Position numbers and translations under genes: made by a program
In this document: one piece after another, positions 62,101 to 64,000 of the stretch
Numbering within the stretch: the first letter of the stretch is position 1
How the letters are laid out: each line of letters opens with the position of its first letter
Assembly (NCBI RefSeq): GCF_006345805.1
Contig: NW_021833041.1
Location: 168,588 to 232,587 of the forward strand
From: Octopus sinensis
Taxonomy: Eukaryota
Length of the DNA stretch: 64,000 nt
Direction of reading: 5' to 3'
The notes under the pieces: model-generated
Databases searched by the model: none
Told to the model about the DNA's origin: nothing
What the model saw: the letters and a program-made list of their open reading frames with translations, nothing else

Positions 62101-62786
62101 AGAAATATATATTGAAAAGCAAGAGAATGAAATTTCAAATATGCTATATTACATAGAAAAAACAAAAAATAAAATAAAAAATATTAAATCTGGGTATTTT
62201 GTATTTTTAAATATCGCTAAGAATAATTAATTCTAAATAATAATTTAACCCTTAAAAAAGCTACAATTAAAAATATATCAAATCCAATAAATTCTAGAGT
62301 TCATGTGTTCATGACGTTAAATTGCTCGTTATGTGGAAAAGCACTAAATCTACCTTCGATACATTTTTTTTGCCGACATTCATTTCACAAATCGTATTTA
62401 TTATTAAAATTTGTGTTTTAGATGTTACGAAAGTCATTCAAACGTTGAGTCACTCTGTCCTTTTTGTGTTACTGATAGAAAGTAGTTGTTTTATTGAGGC
62501 GTAGCTATTGTGAACAAATGGTAATAAATAGAAACGACATCAAAAATATTAGGAAAAATTTTTTTGAAGAGGTTTTGACGTAATAATTTAATTATAGGTA
62601 AATTCTTCTTTAGACAAGTTCGAGAATATAACAGAATTTATCGGAAAAGGAATTCTTTCTTTTGTATATTTAATTTAATTTATTGTCTAGAATGAAGATT
62701 CATCTGATCAAGATAAAACCGAAAATACAAATAATATTATTGAGCTTCAAGCAAAATTAGATAACATCACTAAAAATTTCTTTTAA
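59176..62786 (+). CDS. VPS11: Vacuolar protein sorting 11 (CORVET/HOPS)
   Basis: MNIGQ|KWIQFNFFSYE. Clathrin-repeat region YISTIGTVEPSYVIRK|YLDANNVENLSEYLLELH..ATSDHTTLLFNC. RING CSLCGKALNLPSIHFFCRHSFH..C...CPFC. Confidence 0.93.
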
Positions 62787-63034
62787 AAAACAATTTAAAA
62801 TTTGATTTCTAGTAAAATCTATTTACAGGTTATTTTTTTAATGTTTATTTAAATTGGTACTTAAATATACAGAAAATGTAGTAATTGGTTCGCGAATGTG
62901 TTTGAAAAGCGCAATTAATAATTGCCAACTGAGAATGGTTGGTGTGTATAATTTCAATCATGATAATTTCAATCATGTGTGAGCAATAAATGTTATCCCA
63001 ATCACTTTGAACAGAAAAATTTCCTTATTCTTAC

Positions 63035-64000
63035 TATAAAGGACATCCCCAAATTGCATAATATACTACGCGATTCATGACATAATCTCAAGTACCCCTA
63101 TATCCTAATCTATGATATGTCACGCAATTCATTAGATCAGAGTTGTCAAACGCGGCCCATTATGGGGTACTTGAGATTATGTAAGAAATTGCGTAATAAA
63201 TCATGAAATTTGGGGACGCCCGTTATATGAATATATGGGGGTACTTGAGATTATGTAAGAAATTGCGTAATAAATTATGAAATTTGGGGACGTCCGTTAT
63301 ATGAATATATGGAGGTACTTGAGATTATGTAATAAATTGCGTAATATATTATAAAATTTAGGGACGTCCGTTATATGAATATATGGGGGGTACTTGAGAT
63401 TATGTAAGAAATTGCGTAATATATTATGAAATTTAGGGACGTCCGTGATATTAATATATGGGGGACTACTTGAGATTATGTAAGAAATTGCGTAATATAT
63501 TATGAAATTTAGGGACGTCCGTGATATTAATATTTGGGGGGTACTTGAGATTATGTAACAATTTGCTTATTATATTATGAAATTTGGGGACGTCCGTGAT
63601 ATTAATATATGGGGGTACTTGAGATTATGTAAGAAATTAGGTAATATATTATGAAATTTAGTGACGTCCGTGATATGAAATTATGAGGTACTTGGGATTA
63701 TGTAAGAAATTAGGTAATATATTATGAAATTTAGACACGTCTCTGATATGAATATTTGGGGACTACTTGAGATTATGTAAGAAATTGCGTAATATATTAT
63801 GAAATTTAGGGACGTCCGTGATATGAAATTATGGGGTACTTGAGATTATGTAAGAAATTAGGTAATATATTATGAAATTTAGACACGTCTCTGATATGAA
63901 TATTTGGGGGGTACTTGAGATTATGTAACAAATTGCGTATTTATATGAATATTATGGGTGGGGGGGGGTACTTGAGATTATAAAGAATTAGGTTATATAA
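63035..64000. repeat. About 74-bp tandem satellite running off the window end, preceded by one inverted monomer
   Basis: Unit GGGGTACTTGAGATTATGTAAGAAATTGCGTAATATATTATGAAATTTAGGGACGTCCGT.ATAT.AATATATG from 63164. Reverse-complement monomer at about 63035-63105. Confidence 0.95.

Noticed and set aside
1-64000. tRNA, snRNA or spliced-leader RNA genes
   Set aside because: I recognised no cloverleaf, A/B box or U-snRNA motif by eye. A divergent SL RNA cannot be excluded without an Infernal or tRNAscan search.

Overview
AT-rich eukaryotic nuclear DNA with very short GT-AG introns (those I counted are 25-38 nt). The gene set is animal-like and includes motile-cilium genes. The source could be a reduced ciliated animal such as a dicyemid or orthonectid, but this is inference and the sequence does not establish it. 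Recognisable spliced host genes, all in the standard genetic code, are a JHY-like gene, MTHFS, a FUBP/KHSRP-like KH protein, CCDC39, PRPF19, CMTR1, COPB2, TTLL9, SPAG6 and VPS11. There is also one large unidentified gene and two weak gene candidates. The intergenic space is densely packed with transposable elements. Retroelements include CRE-clade and R4/NeSL-like RLE elements and APE LINE remnants. DNA elements include Ginger2-like integrase transposons, pogo/Tigger, Tc1, Merlin, several hATs and a Helitron-like element. Two satellites (about 94 bp and 74 bp) and a degenerate 28S rRNA fragment are also present. The most notable structures are: (1) a CRE element whose 5' half is inverted at a near codon-exact breakpoint, resembling twin priming; (2) a Ginger-like transposase carrying host-type mini-introns and hit by four nested insertions; (3) a 28S pseudogene joined head-to-head to a CRE fragment; (4) a short insertion with an AGGT-containing duplication that forms a frame-restoring 38-nt intron-like unit; (5) a Helitron whose internal satellite looks derived from coding sequence. 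All protein assignments come from motif recognition by eye, and exon boundaries are approximate unless stated.
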